A DNA stretch of 64,000 bases, from assembly GCF_006345805.1 (NCBI RefSeq), contig NC_043002.1, positions 92,256,001-92,320,000 on the forward strand, written 5' to 3'. The notes beneath the pieces were generated by a model, which saw only the letters and a list, made by a program, of their open reading frames with translations, was not told where the DNA came from and did no database searches. Origin of the DNA: Octopus sinensis (Eukaryota). Made by a program: the position numbers and the translations under genes. Below, piece after piece: positions 1-12,499 of this stretch; positions within the stretch are counted from its first letter, which is position 1; each line of letters opens with the position of its first letter.

Positions 1-12
1 TATATATATACA

Positions 13-170
13 TGACGGGCATTTTTCAGTTTCTGTCTACCAAATCCACTCACAAAGCATTGGTCGGCCCGAGGTTGTAGTGGAAGACACTTGTCTAAGG
101 TGGCATGCACTGGGAGTGAACCTGGAACCATGAGGTTGTGAAGCAAGCTTCTTACCACACACCCACGACT
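13..170 (-). mobile_element. SINE family A, head-only fragment (tRNA-derived)
   Basis: Diverged match to the reverse complement of the head seen in full copies (e.g. 2520-2678): ...ctaccaaatccactcacaa...ggaaccatg...cttaccacac. Confidence 0.75.
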
Positions 171-781
171 ACACCGATATTTATAGTTATTATTTTTTTT
201 TTATTGTTGATAGATTGCATTGTGTATTTTAAACTCTCCTGTTTCCAGGTTTCGAAACTTCAGTATTTACAAAGCAGACACAAAAACGAAATAGTCAAGT
301 GTATTTCAAAACCGCACACGCCTCATCCAAAAAAGCGGGTGACCAGTTTGGGGATGCAGTCCTAGATTTATATCTTCTTAGAAAACGATAAGTTCTTTAC
401 AGTTTTAACCTCGGTGAACTCGATCGGAAATGGATTATGTTCAAATAACAACTCAGCCTAAAGGAATTTTTTTCAGTGATTTTTTTTTGTCAAGCTTTCA
501 ACTGAGAATGGTTTTTAATTATAATCTCAAAGTGATTTTATAAATACTCGTATTGTATATTGTTGTTCAACCCCAGGTCAGCTCTAATCAAGATCGTTCC
601 CGTTCTAACCATCTATTTCTTTCTCTTTGTCTTCGACAACATTATTTGGCGCATATTTTCTTTAAGGCTATATGTGTGCTTGGAGAACGATTTCGTTACT
701 ATTTTTAGCAGGTCTAGTATCGACATTCTTCAAACCGGCATACATCCCACGGGTGTGTATGCCGGTTTGAAGAATGTCGAT

Positions 782-1190
782 TGCTAGGGGTACTAGGTCT
801 GTGGGTAGACCGCTCTTATATTACAAGGATGTTTGCAAAAGGGACATGAAGGTCTGCAACATCAATATTAGCGGTTGGGAGGCAGTTGCCGGCAACCGTG
901 GAGACTGGCGACGTACCGTAAGAGAGGGAATACAAAGGAGTGACAGAGAGAGAGAGAGAGGAGAAATGGAAAGACAAGAAAAGACGTCAACAAGAAACTA
1001 TGGCATTACATCCAGCCAGGAACGGTCTTCGCTACATTTGCGGTACCTGCCAGAGGGAGTGTTTGTCCAGGATAGGACTATACAGCCACAGCAGGAAATG
1101 TATCAGGACATGAAATGTAAAAGCCGGACTAGACTACTTTATGCGCAACTCCATTGTCTCCCGAGACAAAAAGGATGCCAACCAACCAGT
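782..1190 (+). mobile_element. RTE-clade LINE, 5'-truncated 3' end
   Basis: Translation GRPLLYYKDVCKRDMK...WEAVAGNRGDWRRTVREG, then after a frameshift in the (AG)n run YICGTCQRECLSRIGLYSHSRKC* (C2H2, 1033-1113), followed by an RTE-type tail ccattgtctcccgagacaaaaaggatgcc. Confidence 0.8.
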
Positions 1191-2227
1191 ATCGACATAG
1201 AATATGCTTCTATAAATCATACACGTAGATAAAGTAGTTTCAGAAATGTATTTCGAAATATCGAAAAAATATCGAAAAAAAACCTCTAACCTGTACCTTT
1301 ACAAAGAAATTATTATCAAAGCAGAAACAACGCTGCAATTATTTCACCTGAAATTTCACTGCACGTTTCATTCTTTCGGAAAATTGCTCTAAATGAAAGG
1401 ATTTTCGCCATTTCTTAAGCTGGACAGAAAGTTGCATTTTTGAAGGTAATGAACATTAAGTGAAATGGACATTAAATTTTTTTACTCTTTAATGTTATTT
1501 TTTTTTCTTTGGAGATTACTTTATCTATAATGGTTACACTCGTACTGGTTTTACCCTTTTAAAACCAGTTTTAACCATATTAAACAGTGCATGTTGTATG
1601 AACTCTTCAGCAATGGAAGAGGTACATTCTGTCTATGGCAATGAAGTTTTAAGTGTCTGGACATTCCAACGATGAGCTGGCCGATTTCGCTCGGGAAATT
1701 TTCTCTAGCAGATTGCCCTTGATCCGTACGATCAAATTCTGTCATTACTGAAATTTTGAAAATCGTATTTGAAGAAAATCGAAAGCAAATTTTACGAGAG
1801 TAAGCAAAACGGTGCAATTCAAGTCATAATTTGATCATAAGACACTTTCATGAACTAGGAAAGGTGTTTAAATTTGGTCAGTTGGCCCCTTATCATTTCA
1901 CCGCTTCTCAGTTTAATCAAAAAGACTGCTCGCCGTTGAAGAGTAGACTTATTACAGAAACTTTCAAGGGTAGAATCGTCACAAGTGAGGAAAAGTAGCT
2001 TTCCTATAATCATATCCAACGAAAATAACAATGGTTTGCACCTAATGAAAAGAGAGAACCCACCCACAAACCAGGACAACACCAGAAAATTGTTATGCTC
2101 TGTGGTTTCATGAGATATGAAGAGTGTCACCTATCATTAAGTGTTAAACTAAAAGGAGGCAGTTAATGTGTATTATCGTCAATAGGAAGCATTGCACAAA
2201 AATTTGCAATAAGAGCGCTCATTACAC

Positions 2228-2428
2228 TCTTTTACTTGTTTCAGTCATTTGACTGCGGCCATGCTGGAGCACCGCCTTTAGTCGAGCAAATCGACCCGGG
2301 GACTTATTCATTGTAAGCCTAGTACTTATTCTATCGGTCTTTTTTACCGAACCGCTAAGTTACGGGGACGTAAACATATCAGCATCGGTTGTCAAGCGAT
2401 GTTGGGGGGAACAAACACAGACACGCAA

Positions 2429-2517
<89 letters not shown>

Positions 2518-2678
2518 TACGACGGGCTTCTTTCAGTTTCCGTCTACCAAATCCACTCACAAGGCTTTGGTCGACCCGAGGCTATAGTAGAAGGCACATG
2601 CTCAAGATGCCACGCAGTGGGACTGAACCCGGAACCATGTGGCTCGTAAGCAAGCAACTTACCACACAGCCACTCCTA
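2228..2678 (-). mobile_element. SINE family A, full length with internal (CA)n(TA)n
   Basis: On the minus strand: head aggagtggctgtgtggtaag (A-box-like) and gggttcagtccc (B-box-like), an internal microsatellite, then the tail ggcggtgctccagcatggccgcagtcaaatgactgaaacaagtaaaag. At least 9 near-complete copies occur in the window. Confidence 0.9.
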
Positions 2679-2699
2679 CACTGTGTAACAAAATTCAAT

Positions 2700-3100
2700 C
2701 ATTTATTATTTTTTTTGCCTCTGGTCAGTAAGTGTTATTTCTTATTTGCTTCTATCTACAAATCAAAGGAAATGAGTACTATTCCCTTCTAATTTTGCTT
2801 TTGTGACATGGACATTAATGTTTTGGAGTTCCACCTATTTTCCATTACATTTCAAATTCATCGCTCAGCTGCTGAAGTAGAAATGTTATAGCAAATATTC
2901 TACTAAGTACCACAGATTTGTGCGTCAGTTGCTTGATCTTAACCACCTGGACATGTCATTTAGTGGCTATCAATATGTTCATCTCTGATGACGAGCAAGA
3001 GTAGTGGGGGATCATCGTGCTGAGAGAGATTCTTCGGGGGTTTGAATAAATGTAACAAAATGAAATTCTGAAGGAAATATTATCCATTTTTAGCGGCAGT
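2700..3100 (-). repeat. Old interspersed repeat, unclassified; second copy at ~19830-20250 (+)
   Basis: The reverse complement aligns by eye along ~400 bp with 19830-20250 (ttgttacatttattcaa..ccc..agaatc.ctctc.. and gcaaataggaaataaca..tactgacca..g.caaaaaaa). Confidence 0.7.
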
Positions 3101-4085
3101 TATTTAAAGGGAAAAATTTGACAAGTCAGTCAGTCACCGGCTGACACTCGCTGACGATACATCGAAGAGGCAAGGGAACAGAAGAAAGAAGAAGAAAGAA
3201 GACATGCACCCAACACCAGAGCTGAAGACACCTCCGAATGGGAGAGGGCGCCACGTCAAAACGGTAGACGAGTAGGGGCCGAAACCGGACGTGGTTCCTC
3301 CTATTGATGTTTTGAGCTAACTGGATCCTTTAAAGGAGCTGTTATGGTAGCAGACCACGAAACACGGTTGTAATTCCTGGGGGTAAGCAAATAGGAAATA
3401 ACAGTTGCTACCCAAGGACAGAAATCGTGTTACACAGTGTTGTTGATCATTAGTAAAGGGACGTTGCTCCTACAAGATAATACAAGACTACCTATTGCCC
3501 AAGTGAAATATTATGGCACCGAATATGGAAGCCTTGCTTCAATTTTCTTAATTTCTTGACCTTGTCCTATCTAGCTATCATTTTCTTTTTCAGATCAGTG
3601 CAACACGATTTAGATAGAAAACTGTTTATGTTAATTGAGAAAAACGATAAAAATAATATTAAGTGTGTCATTGCTCTGAAACCTGAAAAATTTAATGCCC
3701 GGGAGATCAGCAATTTACGAAACAGATGGGATAACGTTATCAATAACGAGGGAAAATATTATTTTGATTAAATATACCAATTACGACCAAAGAATCATTT
3801 GTTTCCTTCCTATCTTAAACTGCAACAAGACTTCTCCCCCCCCCTACCCAACCAAGTATAAAAGTATTCCTTTTTATTTTTACATATAAAACGTCTACTG
3901 TATTTTTTGCAATTATTACCAGTGGAAGAGGAACAGCTTCTTGCCTATTACAGCAATAAACAAGGTAGCACGGTAAAGGTGTTTTTCCTCCAACGTTTCA
4001 TTAAATTTACTTGTTATTATTGATCAGCTATCAATATAGCGCATTTTATTGGAAACGGCTTAAAAAACTGCACAGCTCCTTGAAT

Positions 4086-4157
<72 letters not shown>

Positions 4158-4984
4158 TCAATAATAAATCAATAAATACATGCTTTCAAGGGATTGGCAG
4201 AACATCTTATAAGATGCATGATTTACGATGAGAATAACTTCACTTTCAAACAGAGTTTAACAAATTGGGATTTTTAAAGTAATCTTTCTTCATAATATTC
4301 CGTTGAAGTTATTAATTTTACTGCCAGAACAGGTTTTTTTTTTTGCCAAAAAAAGGCGAGAAAAATGTATAACGATTAATAATATTTAAAAATTTTCTCA
4401 TAATGATATTTTAAAAATTCTTATAGAGCACATTTCAAATATCCATTTATTTATCTTTTTTAGGTGCACTTATTTATTTATTTATTTATTTATTTATTCC
4501 TTCATTTATTTATTTCGTCAGCTGTATAAAAAAATGGAATTATATATTTGATATTCTGTCACCAGACATATATGTCTTTTGATTATCACTTCAACTGATG
4601 TCTACCCTTTTAATTTTGTACTTATTCTCGATACGGAACTTTGGATATGTTGCTCAGTTGTGTTATAACACACCAGCAATGGATTTGAACTCACAGTACA
4701 TTCATTAGGAATCTATTAAACTACTACTTGATCATCTCACTTTTGTACACCGATTTAACTATCAAATACGATTTATTGGCCATCACACATCATCAGTCAG
4801 AATACCTGCCCACTCACGGAACTAGATCTAACTTCTATGCACCGAATTACTATTAAATATTAACCATAGGACCAGGTACTGTACCCATCCATGGTTTGAT
4901 GGGCCCGTGGTAAAGAAGTTAATTCGAAATCATGGGGATATGAAGTGTGAAACCTACTTTTGATTTCCCCATTCATTTTCTTTT

Positions 4985-5370
4985 TTCCTTGTTTCAGTCA
5001 TTTGACTGTGGCCGTGCTGGAGCACCGCCTTTAGTCGAGCAAATCGACCCCAGGACTTATTCTTTGTAAGCCTAGTACTTATTCGATCGGTCTCTTTTGC
5101 CGAACCGCTAAGTTACGGGGACGTAAGCACACCAGCATCGGTTGTCAAGCGATGTCGGAGGGACAAACACAGACACACAAACACACACACATATATACAT
5201 ATACATATATACAACGGGCTTCTTTCAGTTTCCGTCTACCAAATCCACTCACAAGGCTTTGGTCGGCCCGAGGCTATAGTAGAAGATACTTGCCCAAGGT
5301 GCCACGCAGCGGGACTGAACCCGGAACCATGTGGCTGGTAAGCAAGCTACTTACCACACAGCTACACTTG
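4985..5370 (-). mobile_element. SINE family A, full length
   Basis: Same head, internal (CA/TA)n and tail as 2228-2678. Confidence 0.9.
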
Positions 5371-6449
5371 CGCCTGTTGCGAAACAATAAATTTCGCCCA
5401 CCTTAAGTAGGTCTTCTTTGTATGATTCATGGAAGTGTATCGTTTCGGATAGGTTGTCTGGACCAAAACCACCCTTTCTTTCCAAGCTTTCCTCTCTTCC
5501 ATGATATTTTTGAGATTTTCTATTTGTAACTCGACATCACGCGAGAGCAAACCCAGAATGTACGTCACTCTGGGTTAGCCAATATGAGAATTCTCATGGC
5601 TCAGTAACCACAAAAAAAGCTCACTCAGCAATTCATCTTTGTTTTGATAGCAGTGATCAGCATATTTCTCCTTCTACTCTCCAATGAGTAATGATATTTT
5701 GGGAATATCTTGTTTCTTTCCATGATTTGCTAAGAACAGCAAACAACATAGGTATGTTAGGTCTCATCAGGTTTGCGTTATACCTTCTTTTATCAGGGTC
5801 GATGAGTCGATGTATGTAAGCATATATATACGTATATCTATCCATACATAAATGCATACATGTATGTATAGTTCATGGAAGTAGTTTCCCCGTTTCTTCT
5901 CTCAATTCTTTAGGCACAACTACGAGCTAGTAAAATACTGAGCAACAGAAATATTCAAGTGCCTTCCATCATCGATAAGACTCGGCGCTGGAGGTAGCGG
6001 GAACTTATTTCACAGCTGGCGATATAAACAACAGTGCATTTTGCACCAAAAAGGCAATATGAGAGTTTCTCTCATGGTAACTACCACAGTAATATTTGTT
6101 CTAATAGAACATCCACGTTTAAGTGGTATTAAATATGACCTGTTGCTAGTACATATTTAACAAGGTATGTAACTAACAGTCATACCAGCACCTGTTCCGG
6201 CACTGTCAATCCATAGCGAGCGGAACATCGAAGTGGTAAATATCCAAGCGAGGTGTATACCGCAAGCTACTCTTCAGACCAAATATATCATGATTAGATT
6301 AAAGGCTACATTGTTGCAAGTAATCTTCCATGTGTTAACATGTACCTCCTTGTGACAATGTAAACTTTCATTTATCAGGATATCCTTGGTATGAAGAATA
6401 GTTTGCGGCATACACCTCACTTGGAAACTTCCCACTTCCAAGATTGTGG

Positions 6450-6630
6450 AGGCACATGGTCTAGTGGTTAGAGCAGCGCACTCGCGGTTGAGGGATCGCG
6501 GGTTCGAATCTCAGACCGGGCGATGTGTGTGTTTATGAGCGAAACACCTAAGTTCCACACGGCTCTAGCAGAAGGTAATGGCGAACTTCTGCTAACTCTT
6601 TCGCCACAACTTTCTCTCACTCTTTCCTCC
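6450..6630 (+). mobile_element. SINE family C head (tRNA-derived), 3'-truncated
   Basis: tggtctagtggttagagcagcg (A box) and gggttcgaatctc (B box); homologous to 30728, 48218 and 53781. Confidence 0.8.
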
Positions 6631-6684
6631 TACATATATCACGGGCGGCGAGATGAATCGCTGCTGACTCTAGTGGTCGAGTGC

Positions 6685-6731
6685 CCATCATTGATAAAAC
6701 CAAAGAAGGTCGAAATTACGTGATCTGGTGG
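6685..6731 (+). ncRNA. Type I hammerhead ribozyme motif, variant U3/A8 core
   Basis: ccatca-TTGATAA-aacc-aaagaa-ggtc-GAAA-ttacgtga-TC|tggtgg: stem I ccatca/tggtgg and a near-palindromic stem III. Confidence 0.55.
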
Positions 6732-7204
6732 TCTCGGCGCTGGAAATAGCGATGTAACCAAGAGTACATTTTTGCACCAAAAAGCCATCATGAGAGTCCC
6801 TTTCATGTTAACTACCGTACTTATAGTTTATTCTGATAGAACATCAACTTTTAAGTGGGGAAAAATAATACTTCTCAGTAAGCGTTTCATTATCCGTCCT
6901 CGTCCTTGTATTTGTTGTTTCTTGGTGTTTCGTCAATAACCAAAGGTTCTTAATCATTACCAACCTGTCGCTTCGTGATTATATATATATATTAAAAAAA
7001 TATCGAAAGTGTACTTCCTTCTTCAGAACATTAAGGTATGATTTAAGGGAGATAGATATTGATGTTGCTATTATTTTCCACCGTCTGAATGAGTTATGGT
7101 TAATTGTTTTTATCATAATATAGTACTTATGACAGACTAGTTTTCAGACACATTAAGAGATTACAGATATGTTGACAATGTTTTCTTTCCGTACTACAGA
7201 AAAA

Positions 7205-7469
7205 ATGTATGTATGTATGTATGCACGTATGAACACACGCACACACACACACCCACATAAAACATGTATTCGTGTAAATATGTGTATATATATATATATA
7301 ATATATTTATCTATCTCCCTTTCTCTTTCTCTCTCTCTCCCCTCTCTCCCCCTCTCTCTATCTCTATATATATACATATACATTTACATATAAATACATT
7401 TTACGCACATACATGCACATATATATACATGTATGCATACATACATACACAGACACACACACACATATA

Positions 7470-7505
<36 letters not shown>

Positions 7506-8425
7506 TATATAAGTGTGTATCTATCTCTCCATATATGCATATATGTGTGTGTATATGTATATATATTCATGTATACACTATGTATGTCAGTCTGTCTGTA
7601 TGTATGTATATATGTATGTATATATATGTATGTATGTATGTATGTATGCGTGCATGTATGTATGCATATATGTATGTATGTATGCATGCATGTATGCATG
7701 TATGTATGTATGTATGTATGTATGTATGTATGTATGTTTGTATGTATGTATTATGTATGCATGCATGTATGCATGTATTATGTATGCACGCATGTATGTA
7801 TGTATGTATGTATGTATGTATGTATGTATAACGTCACCTTATCGAGGACCAGACTATTATCGGCTTGGCAGCTGCGTGTCTCATCAGATACAAGACCAAA
7901 ATATTATGGAATTAGCAGATGGGACGGTCTGGGAGATGATAGTCATATTATGGAAATTGCAGCTGAAACTCTCTGCGATGCAGTAAAATTCTAGAATTTT
8001 AACAAATAAGAAAGCTGAACTGTACTAGTTATAATGCTAAACTTTCGAATCTATATTCGAACGGAGATTTAATCTACATAACAGTATATAATACCATTAA
8101 AAATGCACGTATGTATGTGTATGTATGCGTATGTATGTGTATGTATATATTTGTACGTACTTACGTATATACACACACACACACGCACACATATATATAC
8201 ATACATGTATGCATGCATGCATACATGCATGCATACATACATGCATGCATACATACATACATACATGCATGCATACATACATGCATGCATACATACATAC
8301 ATACATACATACATACATGCATGCATGCATGCATGCATGCATACATACATACATATATACATACATACATACATACATACATACATACATACATACATAC
8401 ACACATACATACATACATACATATG
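7205..8425. repeat. Compound (TATG)n/(CATA)n/(TA)n/(CT)n microsatellite block with a short unique island (~7830-8100)
   Basis: Direct reading. Confidence 0.95.
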
Positions 8426-8485
8426 TTATATTGTTGATGTAAGAATCATATAAACAATTCTATCTTTGCTATATCTCGAAGAACA

Positions 8486-9355
8486 TTCTGGGTGCGGTGA
8501 ATGAACTGTCGTTTAAATTACACAAAAATGAAAATAACACTGACACCTCATTTTAACAGATATATTTACCAAAATTGCATAAAAATATCTTGAAATACTA
8601 AAGAGTAAATTTATTCAATGAAATCGCCATAGGCTTCAACCACGGCCTCCAGACGACTTCGGAATCTCCTGCAGCTCTTATAAACGGTCTCCCTGTTAAA
8701 GTTGGTGAATGCTGCCATAATCCTTGCCTTCAGTTTATTTTTGGTGTTGCAAGGAGTCTTCTTGGTCTCTCGCTTAATTGTGTCCGTTTCAGTCTTGGGA
8801 GTTAGGTGGGCAGATATTAGGGGTGACGTGATCGCAGAAATTGTCTAACAACCAGGACTGGCTTCTCCTGCTTATGTAGCATGGTGTAGAGTCCTGTTGC
8901 CAGACATGGGGTTTTCCAGTAGTCACTCTCTTGACCCAGTGGTAGCACTACCTCCTCCAGACACTTGATTTAGGCTCCGTGAGGCCGTGTGGAAAGATGA
9001 ATTGAGACATAACGTCGCCATCACTAGTGTTCACTCCAAACACCGTGATGTTGACTGGATGTATGTTTGACTTTTATCACTCTCGGTAAATGTTTTCAGA
9101 TTGCATTGCCCTCAGATTGCACAGTTCTCAGATTGGCACCCAAACACTCTAAAATGTTCTTATTGGAATTTCCGACGCGAATTTCAAGCAGTACAGCATG
9201 TTGTTTCCAAATTTCTGGCAGAGAGGATTGCGTCATGGTGCTGTTTTTCTCACAGACGGTGCCCAACTGACTCTACTGTGTAGTCGACAAAATCAAAAAC
9301 AAACAATGCGCATGCGCTAAATTAAAAGTACAAGATTTACCCATTGCACTCTGTA
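8486..9355 (-). mobile_element. Tc1/mariner DD37D (maT-like) transposase relic
   Basis: The minus strand gives decayed ...WQQDS.PC...SQSWL.DNFCDHVTP... and the C-terminal SCRRFRSRLEAVVEAYGDFIE* (stop 8611-8613). The ends are only weakly TIR-like. Confidence 0.7.
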
Positions 9356-9602
9356 TATAAAGCTAGAAATTATAGCATATGAATATTGAGTCGAAAATCC
9401 AAAAGGGTTTCTCCAACCAAATTTTACTTGCTATTATTTATAACCTTATGTGTGTGCTTCGAAATATCCCCAAAAAGAGAATATGATATATAATTTTAAA
9501 GGATTTTTTTCAAATAACCATTGTACATATGTTTAATAACAGACTTACATGTTTCTTTAGACTTGCTTATTAAGACATACATACACATACACACATGTAT
9601 GT

Positions 9603-9948
9603 AAAAAAAGGGTAAAGACCCCCTTCGGTCATGAATGACCATGGGATTGCACCTAGAAAGTTACCCTCCTAGACACAAGTCCGGGCAAGGTTGTTTATGG
9701 AAGACCAGCAGTCGCTCATGCATACCAGCCTCCCCTCTCCGCGCCACCAGTGTTATCCAAGGGAAAGACAAAGGTCGATACAGCTTGGCACCTGTGACGT
9801 CGCAACTCATTTCTACAGCTGAGTGAACTGGAGCAACGTGAAATAAAGTGCTTTGCTCAAGAATACGACACGCAGCTCGGTCCGGGATTCGAGCTCACAA
9901 CCTCACGATCGTAAGCTCGACGCTCTAACCACTGAGCCAAGCATCCTT
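9603..9948 (-). mobile_element. SINE family D (tRNA head plus CORE-like box), full length
   Basis: Minus-strand head tggctcagtggttagagcg...gctcgaatcccgg, then cttgagcaaagcactttatttcacgttgctcc. A homologous copy lies at 39100-39438. Confidence 0.85.
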
Positions 9949-9999
9949 AAATATATACGTATATCTATCCATACATAAATGCATACATGTATGTATAGT

Positions 10000-10200
10000 T
10001 CAAAATGTAAAGAAAACAAAAGAAGGCAGGTGAGGGAACAACGAGCAGGTGTATTTGTTTGACGCTCGAAAAGAATGGAAAAGTATTTGACGTTTCGAGC
10101 CTACGCTCTCGGCAGAAAGGGTTGAGAGAAAAAAATGGAGAGAGACGAAAAAGAAAAAGAATAGGGAGAGGAAATGTGTAGGGATTAACGGTTCAACACG
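10000..10200 (-). mobile_element. Short Penelope pLTR-like element with a hammerhead motif
   Basis: Homologous to 52640-52840 and 62880-63380. Contains minus-strand ttt-CTGCCGA-gagc-gtag-gctc-GAAA-cg-TC|aaa at 10086-10118. Confidence 0.6.
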
Positions 10201-11036
10201 ATGAAACGACCGGAGAGCAGTTTCCCAATCATGTCCGAGAAAAACCATAACTGACTAAATTCACCAATGCCTACGCAAATTTTAGGGCCAGTGTAATTTG
10301 TGCTGATAAAAATCACAACCTCGGGAGAGTAGAAAGTCATAAGCATCAGATAGCACTGAAGATTGTCGAAAAGGTCAAGACCATTCACAAAACTGTGGAT
10401 TTATATCACAGTAAACCTCTCTTGGAAACATGCTTTATTAACAAAAGATACAGGGTGCATCAGTCGCAGTGGTTTTACAACGAACCGCGTACCGACACAA
10501 ACTTTTCAACACCACGTTTATTTATAAAGGTGAAATAAACATCAAGGATGGTTTGCCTTACGCTAAGGCTGAAGGAACCATTGAAGATTTTGCAAGCTCT
10601 TGTCTTGATAGTCACCAAAGAAACCCTTTTGTAATTTCAGCAAGTATCTCATGGTCACAAGGGTTTCGTATCTTAGACTATACACTTCGACCGAGTGGAA
10701 CTGAGAAGACTGAATTAGCCTTCGCCTGCAGAAATATTTCTTTTATGGCCTTTTGTCAATTACAGTTGCCTTGAACTGGTCTCAACTGCCATGGACATTT
10801 CCTTGGTGGCTTTTTCAATTGTTTGGGTCCGAAACAAAACCTTCTACAAGAAATAGTGCATGGATCTTACCGGGAGTCATTTGGAAATGAAGCTCATTAA
10901 CATTGAATCCAGTTCTCGCAGTTTGGTTAGAAATATTCCGTACGTTCTCCCAGAGTTCCATTATTTCGATCACAATAATCATTTATGCTCTCCTGGATAG
11001 CAGGCCCATATCTTGTCGGAGCAACCTTACTATCAC

Positions 11037-11181
11037 TGTTTCTTTATTGCCCACAAGGGGCTAAACATAGAGGGGACAAACAAGGACAGACAAACGGATT
11101 AAGTCGATTGCATCGACCCCAGTGCGTAACTGGTACTTAATTTATCGACCCCGAAAGGATGAAAGGCAAAGTCGACCTCGG
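11037..11181 (-). mobile_element. SINE family B, 5'-truncated, with a long target-site duplication
   Basis: Matches the 3' part of 62981-63212. tcggagcaaccttactatcac is repeated at 11016-11036 and 11178-11198. Confidence 0.9.
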
Positions 11182-11224
11182 AGCAACCTTACTATCACGT
11201 CTTCCGAAAACACGAGTCTTATCC

Positions 11225-11720
11225 TTTCAGATTAACTTGCATTTCCCAGTTAGAGGCTTGCAAACATATCCCCCACGGCAGCTTTTGCCTTAGGAATTTT
11301 GCCACCTTCCTCTGTGAATCAGATTTTTTTTTCTTCTTGTGACAGTCCCTACTGCTAGATGACCTTAACTCTCTCAGCGTTACCGTCCACTTGGCAATTT
11401 CTGTAAAGATCATTTCGACTTGTTTCTCAGTGCCCTAAGACATCCAGTCGAAGTGCAGTTCAGAGTGCGAAGAGCTGCTCAACACTTGCTAGCAGAATGG
11501 ATTTTGTTTGGGGTGAGGTGGGGAGAGTAGCAAGAGGTTTGCGACAGTACTGACGAGGGAGGATAGTTTTCTATGGTCAGTGCTCTTGAATTTCCGGTGG
11601 ACAATTGTCACTCGAGTGTCCGATAACACTTGCTTCCAGTTCTCTCCAAGTCTCGAGTGTTCCTGGTAGACAAGTTCTACCACTTTTACACGGTGATCTT
11701 CCTCTGTTGAGCCTCAATCC
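11225..11720 (-). mobile_element. Possible L1/Tx1-type ORF2 C-terminal relic
   Basis: The broken reading ...IFTEIAKWTVTLRE...VAKFLRQKLPWGI loosely resembles Tx1 C-termini. No catalytic motif is visible. Confidence 0.25.
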
Positions 11721-12499
11721 TTCCTTAATATGACTCTTCTCTTATTTACTTCACTCTTGGTGTTAGCAGCCCTTATCTCTTACAATCACCTGGATAGGAC
11801 AAATTAAGAAGTCACAACTAAATCAATATCTTTTATCTTTTATCTTTTACCTGTTCCAGTCATTAGACTGCGGCCATGCTGGGGCACCTCCTTAAAGAAT
11901 TTTTAGTCGAACGAATCGACCCCAGTTCTTATTATTTATTTATTTATTTATTTATTTTTGCTTAACCTGGTACTTATTCTGTTGGTCTCTTTTGCCTAAC
12001 TGCTAAGTTATGGGGACGTAAACACATTAACACCAGTTGCCTAGTGCCGGTAGGGGACAAACACAAACACAAAGACTTCTGTCACAGTCACTCGTCGTTA
12101 AATAAGTTTGGGAGTAACTTAAGCCAAAACACTCTCGAATGGATTGAACCCGTTTCCTGTTCTTCGATGCTAGACTTAATCTTTCCCCCTGTGTGACACG
12201 CCCACTTGTCTCCACTCCTAGGGTGCCTTTGATCGAGTCCCATCTGTTACCAGCTGTGGAACCTGGTTTATGGATTCTTCTTCCTTTTCCTTAGTCTCAG
12301 AGATGCTACACGAAGATCGTTGATGCGACTCTCCTCGACCTTTGACTGAGCTTGTAACGAAAAACAAACTAAATACGGTTTGAATAAGGCTTATAATGGA
12401 GTCGAGTTCATATTTGTGTATTTTTCGAAGCGCCGTCAATGTTGGACTTAATGGCAGCATTTAATGAACAAGGAAGAAGAGAAGGAAGAGAAAAAGAAC

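Larger units (their letters stand above)
1560..3775 (+). mobile_element. Decayed mariner (DD34D) transposase relic, split by later insertions (pieces ~1560-2215 and ~3400-3775)
   Basis: Fragments VYGNEVLSVWTFQR*AGRFRSGNFSL, LGKVFKFGQLAPY, RIVTSEEK*LSYN, LLQDNTRLP and the C-terminal FRSVQH...ISNLRNRWDNVINNEGKYYFD*. A SINE A and an old repeat lie between the pieces. Confidence 0.7.
5575..6860 (+). repeat. Decayed tandem copies of a hammerhead-bearing ~355-bp unit (locus 1), interrupted by a SINE C
   Basis: The motif tgcattttgcaccaaaaaggcaatatgagagtttctctcatg...tttgttctaatagaacatc recurs at ~6037 and ~6766, partially at ~5578, and again at 61911/62150 and ~62495. Confidence 0.7.

Noticed and set aside
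7830-7994. Unique island reading ...PKYYGISRWDGLGDDSHIMEIAAETLCDAVKF*
   Set aside because: Short, with no recognised motif and no convincing splice context; it cannot be called an exon without a search.
7153-8453. Numerous 60-260 aa ORFs ([12 protein letters not shown], poly-Ile/Asn/Leu) here and throughout the window
   Set aside because: They are stop-free translations of di-, tri- and tetranucleotide microsatellites in several frames at once.
9880-9948. tRNA-like A/B boxes (also at 6450, 30728, 39100, 48540 and 53781)
   Set aside because: Each continues into a multi-copy SINE body and lacks a complete cloverleaf acceptor stem; these are SINE heads, not tRNA genes.
10469-10774. 101-aa non-repetitive ORF
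   Set aside because: Starts at GTG and has no recognisable domain; probably an old repeat or chance.
12218-12460. 80-aa minus-strand ORF; an alternative frame ends ...RLRKRKKNP*
   Set aside because: No homology recognised; it may belong to the decayed element near 11225-11720.
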